Of a stretch of DNA of 36,720 nucleotides, positions 31,506 to 36,720 are shown piece after piece. The stretch covers positions 1 through 36,720 of the forward strand of contig CAWHOE010000021.1 of the NCBI GenBank assembly GCA_963830915.1. The letters run 5' to 3'. Numbering within the stretch: the first letter of the stretch is position 1; each line of letters opens with the position of its first letter. This stretch comes from a candidate division FCPU426 bacterium (GTDB taxonomy: Bacteria > Oederibacteriota > Muellerivitia > Muellerivitales > Muellerivitaceae). A program made the position numbers and the translations under genes. The notes under the pieces are model-generated. The model saw only the letters and a list, made by a program, of their open reading frames with translations. It had not been told where the DNA came from and searched no databases.

Positions 31506-31746
31506 CCACAGATGCCCCACATATCTATAAAGAATTAAATGAAATGCGGGACTATACCGCTCCCTGTATTTTCGTTAAAAATGAAGAGCGGCATGAACAC
31601 AGATAAAAAATCAAAAGATTGAATATTTTTAATCCCATCTGTGTGCATCTGTGTCCATGCCGACCATCTATCAAATTAATATAGAGGTCGGTATAGTACC
31701 GATTTTCGTATAATTTTATTTTAAAAGTAAATCGGCACATCTGTGG
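31506..31746. repeat. Mirror-symmetric palindromic element with CACAGAT/ATCTGTG repeats and four internal hairpins
   Basis: CCACAGATG/CATCTGTGG ends; 31547-31559 vs 31689-31701 inverted (12/13); 31589-31604 vs 31647-31662 inverted (15/16). Confidence 0.8.
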
Positions 31747-31785
31747 TTACAATTGCCTTTTTAAATACCCTTTTGGAAGGTGTTC

Positions 31786-34567
31786 ATGTCCAAGCCCCGT
31801 TTGTTCCTTTTGGATGGCGCCGCCCTGGCCTACCGCGCCTACTTCGCCTTCATCAAGAATCCCCTGACCAATTCCAACGGTCTGAACACCTCGGCGGTGT
31901 TCGGCTTCCTCAAGACCCTTTTCATGATCCTGGAAAAGGAAAAGCCGGAGTATTTCGCGGTCATCAACGACTCCAAAGAACCCACCTTCCGCCACAAGCG
32001 CTACAAAGAATACAAAGCCACCCGGGAAAAGATGCCCGACGACCTGGCCGAGTCCTGGCCCTATATCGCCAAGGCGGTCAAGGCCCTGAGCATTCCCTCC
32101 CTCATCATGCCGGGCTACGAGGCGGACGATATCATCGGCACCCTGGCGACGATGGCGAAAAAAGAGAATATCCAAACCTTCATCGTTTCCGGCGATAAGG
32201 ACTTCATGCAGTTGATCGGCCCGGACGTGAAGATGTACAACCCCAAGCGGGCGGATGACCTGGAAGTGATGGACGAGAAGGACGTATTGGAAAAATTCGG
32301 CGTAAGGCCCGATCAGGTCATCGACGTTCTGGCCCTCATGGGCGACGCCTCGGACAACGTCCCGGGGGTTCCGGGCATCGGCGAAAAGACCGCCTCCACC
32401 CTCATCCAGGAATATGGCTCGCTGGACAACGTCTTCAAGAGCATCGACAAGATCTCCAAACCCAAACTAAAAGAGACCCTGCAAAAGAACAGGGAACTGG
32501 CCGACCTTTCCAAGGAACTGGTGACCATCCATTGCTCCGTGCCCATCAAGGAAAAGCCCGAGGACCTGGTCTGTCAAATGCCCGACATGGACGCGGTCAA
32601 GGAGCTGTTCAAAGAGATGGAGTTCAACCTTATCCGCCAGTTGGAGGATTACGCCAGCCGGTTTGGAGAGGTTCCCTTTGCCCTGAGTTCGGAAGAAGAA
32701 CCGAAGGAAAAGAAAAAGAAAGAAAAGGCCGTCAAAGAAGAGGAACCGGCGCCGCCGGCGCGGGAATCTTTCGCCGGTTACCGGTCCCTGACCAACCTGG
32801 TGGACATCCAGGACGCCTTGGCGAAGGCGACCAAGGCCGGTGAGACGGCGGTAGACACCGAGACCACGGGGCTGGACCCCCTGACCGCCGAGATCGTGGG
32901 CGTCTCCCTAAGCTGGAAAGCCAAGGAAGCGGTCTTCATCCCCTTCAACCAAAAGCTCAAACCCAAGGACATCCTCAAGGTGCTCAAACCCTTCCTGGAA
33001 GAACCCCAAGGTGCGCAAGGGCGGGCAGAACAGCAAATACGACTGGGCGGTCTTCAAGACCCACGGCATCGAGCCCCAGGGGTTCGCTTTCGACACCATG
33101 GTGGAAAGCTACCTGCTGGACGCCTCCAACCGCCAGCACAACCTGGACGCCATCGCCTTGAAGCATTTCAACCACATCAAGATCCCCACCGAGGAACTTA
33201 TCGGCAAGGGCAAGAAGCAGATCACCATGGACCTAGTGCCCCTGGAGGCCATCACCCAATACGCCTGCGAGGACGCGGATTTCGCGTTCCGGGCCCACAA
33301 GCTCTTCGAGCCCCAGCTCAAGCAAGAGGGCCTTCAGAAACTGTACGAGGAAGTGGAACTGCCCCTGGTCATGGTGCTGGAGGACATGGAACGCGAGGGT
33401 ATCGCCATCGACGAGAAGCTCCTGGCGAAATTATCCAAAGAGGCCGAGGAAGAACTGGCCAAACTGACCAAGAAGATCTACAAGGAAGCGGGGGAGGAGT
33501 TCAACATCGGCTCGCCCCAACAGATCGGCAAGATCCTCTTCGAGAAGATGCAGGTGCAGAAGATCACGGGCAACCGGGTGAAAAAGACCAAGACAGGCTA
33601 CGCCACGGACGTGGACGTGCTGGAATCGCTCAAGGGTATCCCCATCGCCGACATGATCCTGGACCACCGCCAGCTGTCCAAACTGAAGAACACCTACCTG
33701 GACGTGCTTCCCACCCTGGTCAGCCCCAAGGACGGGCGCATCCATACCTCCTACAACCAGACGGTGGCCGCCACGGGAAGGCTTTCCTCGACAGACCCCA
33801 ACTTGCAGAACATCCCCATCCGGTCCGATTTCGGACGGCGCATCCGGGGGGCCTTCGTGCCGGGGGATTCGAAGCATGTGCTCATCTCGGCCGACTATTC
33901 CCAGATCGAACTGAGGGTATTGGCCCATATCACCGAGGACGCCAACCTCATCAAGACCTTCGAGAAGGATGAGGATGTCCACCGCCGCACCGCCTCCCTC
34001 ATTTTCGGGGTGCCCATGGACCAGGTCACGACCATCCAGCGCAACCAGGCCAAGACCATCAATTTCGGGGTCATCTACGGCATGGGGCCCCAGCGGTTGG
34101 CCAGGGAGAACGGGGTCACCATGGTCGAGGCCAAGAAGTTCATCGAGGATTACATGGCCAAGTACCCCGGCATCCAGAAATTCATCACCGAGCAGGTGGA
34201 CAAGGCGAAGGAGGAAAAGGTGGTTTATACCATCCTGGGCCGCAAAAGACCGCTGAACGATATCCTTTCTTCCAACGTGGGTATCCGCATCAACGCCGAG
34301 CACATGGCGGTGAACACCCCCATCCAGGGCTCCGCCGCCGACCTCATCAAGGTGGCCATGGTGAGGCTCCACGCCAGGCTGAAGGAAAAGAAAATGAAGA
34401 CCGTCATGCTATTGCAGGTGCACGACGAGTTGGTCTTCGAGGCGCCCAAGGACGAGGCTGAAGAAGCGGAAAAGCTCATCAAGTACGAGATGGAACACGC
34501 CATGAAGCTGAAGGTTCCACTGAAGGTGGATGTGGGCGTGGGGAAGAGCTGGCTGGAGGCGCATTGA
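31786..34567 (+). CDS. polA: DNA polymerase I, interrupted by a 1-nt frameshift near 33002-33007
   Basis: 5' nuclease (LLDG..LAYRAYFA, YEADD, SGDKD, GDASDNVPGVPGIGEKTA), ExoI DTET, then in the second frame TGRLSS.DPNLQNIP, ADYSQIELR, AKTINFGVIYG, LQVHDEL. Confidence 0.97.
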
Positions 34568-34717
34568 GGGGATGTTGGTTGTCCATAATGGGGACTCGGA
34601 ATAGACAAAAAATAATAAATTTTCGTTTCATAGCACTTATTTTCCGTCTTTTTTGCGACTGTGGCCCCGGCTCTTTATACTGAGGCTGGCCGGGTTTTGT
34701 ATTCAAGGAGGTTTATG

Positions 34718-36026
34718 ATGAAGAAACATTTATACAAATTAGCTCGTTACCAAATGTTGCTCATCACGATAAAGACGTTTTTATTCACCATTTTATTCAT
34801 GTCTGGCATTTCATGGGCTGATGGTGCAAACACCACTTCCGTCCCATTTAGTAACGCCGCATCACCCCAAGCGTCTACTAGCGGGTTAAAAACTTATAGT
34901 GATTCGAAGGGCGTATTTTCTTTTGAATATCCGTCTTATTTAAAAGCCTTTTTAAAGAATTTTTCTTTTGTCGCGTTAAGCCGAGCCGATGATCCTTCCA
35001 ATAAACCCATTGTCATCATGTGTTATGACTGGCAAACGGTTCTACCTAAACCTGATAACAGTAACGATAGCGTAAAAATTGATTCAATCATGTCCACTAA
35101 GGATGGTTCGAAAATCTATAACCTCAGTTATTCTGATCCAAGATACATGCAATTTCACGTTGGCAACGTTGGTTGCCGTCATTTTATTTCTTTGGAAGAC
35201 AGCGATTATCCATCTTATTTTCTAGGTATATTCCTTATGGACGAAAAAGAATTTTCAGAAGAACCAGCTCATCCCCATCTTGAAATCGTTCGTGATCGAT
35301 AAAACAAAAAGACAAGAAATAATAGGTTCACTCAACCCCGAAACAATCCCAGATCCAAATCGAAAGCCTAATGCCCCCTATATTCGATCCGCCAACCCTG
35401 ATTATGGTAACCCCCATCTTGTGACACTCTTTGGGAAAAATATCGAAAACGTTTCGAAGATCGCGTTTTATGATTCGAAAGATGTGGAACAGGGGGTTAT
35501 TCCCCCTTCAACAATTACAATCAAAGGACCCGGATGTCTTCAATTCATATTGGATGACGACTTCGTCTTGAAAATGTTGGGTGATGAATATTATAAGCGG
35601 CTTCAACTTCGCATCAAGAATCCCGCAGGAACAAGTAATACTTACTGGTTCCCGATCAAAGCGCCCCCTTCCAGTTTACCTCACCTGACATCTCTAACCC
35701 CGGACAGGGGCACATTCAACACTTCGGTCACGATTACCGGCAAAAACCTAAAATTTGTGAGGGGCGTTTCATTTTTTGATGAACAAAACCGCGGTGCTAT
35801 GAGTATCCGCTTTTATGCGGATCAAAATACCCTGGGTAATATCATTCCCGTGATTTGTTCGCCTTATGTATCGGACACTCAAATTCGATTTTTTATTCCA
35901 AAAAATGACCGTTTATTTAAACCAGGAAGCACGAATCATCTTCATGTGGCCGTTTACACCAAATCCGGTGTATTGGGTAATGAATTGCCTTTTACATTGA
36001 CTATCCAATCCAAGGCTGCTCAATAA
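34718..36026 (+). CDS. Secreted protein, PsbP-like domain plus two IPT/TIG-like repeats, split by a probable 1-nt indel at 35252-35255
   Basis: AAGGAGG RBS; signal peptide ending SWA; KTYSD..GVFSFEYP; removing one T fuses the ORFs as EFQKNQLIPILKSF; PYIRSANP...VTLFGKN and PHLTSLTPDRG...VTITGKN. Confidence 0.65.
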
Positions 36027-36322
36027 AAGAATTTAATGTGCGCCTGGTGAAGGATATTAACTTTCTAAAATAAATTGAATGGTTTGCAATCAGAGGTCAG
36101 GGTACCTTTTACCCTTATGTTAGGTAACCACGACAGGGAGCCGTCATGGACAAGGCAGATAATAGATTTTGGTGCATGGCTCTGTTTTAAGGGTATGTTT
36201 TTGGCGGTTAAAATCTCTGGTTAATCCGTTTTCCCAAATCACTCCCACTTCCCGTTTGATCCTCCAAAACACCCCAACTTTAGCCTCGTTATACCGGGAT
36301 TATCCCCCCTGGACCGGTAGAC

Positions 36323-36720
36323 ATGCTGGTGGAGGCTAGGCCGAATGCCAGTGGGAATGCCAGTGGACACCCCCAAATGCCAGTGGAGGCTAGGCCAAAT
36401 GCCAGTGGGAGTGCCGGTGGACAGCCCAAAATGCCGGTGGATGCCAGGGCGAATGTCGGTGGGAGTGCCGGTGGACAGCCCAAAATGCTGGTGGACGCCA
36501 GGCTGAATGTCGGTGGGAGTGCCGGTGGACAGCCAAAATGCCGGTGGATGCCAGGCTGAATGCACCAGGCCCCTCCTTGGGCCCGGCACAACCAAGGCTA
36601 GTGCCTCGGTTTGAGACCTCGGCACAGGTGCCGGTGGGAGTGCCGGTGGACACCCCAAAATGCCGGTGGATGCCAGGCCGAATGCCAGCGGGAATGCCAG
36701 TGGACACCCCTATTGCCAGT
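36323..36720. repeat. Degenerate 54-bp tandem repeat running off the window end
   Basis: Units start at 36323, 36377, 36431, 36485, 36538 (partial) and 36660; each holds three RTGYYRGTGG-like subunits; interrupted at about 36563-36627. Confidence 0.9.

Noticed and set aside
31506..31746. CRISPR mini-array interpretation
   Set aside because: Conserved parts are inverted and short rather than direct 23-47 bp repeats, and there are no cas genes.
31482..31785. oriC candidate (AT-rich, near parAB)
   Set aside because: Only one near-match DnaA box (TTTTCCACA, 31502-31510) and one poor one; both belong to the CCACAGAT inverted ends, and no dnaA/dnaN is nearby.
21131..34567. Calling nnr and polA pseudogenes or programmed frameshifts
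   Set aside because: All catalytic motifs are intact, breaks are single-base at short homopolymers, and similar indels recur across the window, consistent with long-read error.
36323..36720. CRISPR array interpretation
   Set aside because: The whole unit is repeated; there are no unique spacers.

Overview
Core-genome region of a GC-rich bacterium whose lineage I cannot determine from the sequence. All convincing genes except a HAD phosphatase are on the + strand. Gene order: partial NRAMP transporter, ogt, HAD phosphatase, argJ-thiL-tsaE-tsaB-rimI, MFS and DMT transporters, DUF1802-amrB-amrA, DUF151 nuclease, DUF3343, a complete F1Fo operon (atpZ/I-B-E-F-H-A-G-D-C), acpS, a GT-C-like membrane protein, nnr, two orphan genes, lipoprotein-GT2-B12 radical SAM-flippase-like, TPR lipoprotein-parA-parB, a small orphan, a 2H phosphoesterase, polA, an AT-rich secreted PsbP-like/IPT gene and a terminal 54-bp tandem repeat. 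Five apparent single-base frameshifts at homopolymers (atpB tail, nnr twice, polA, secreted gene) and an adapter-like first 30 nt suggest uncorrected long-read sequence rather than pseudogenes. The most notable signals are a 241-bp mirror-symmetric element upstream of polA with four hairpins that have conserved feet and unique loops, an alkaliphile-type Lys/Gly pair in ATP synthase subunit a, and an orphan gene pair whose first protein resembles a stand-alone DnaA-domain-I/DnaX-C-terminal fold. No rRNA, tRNA, CRISPR array or transposase was seen.
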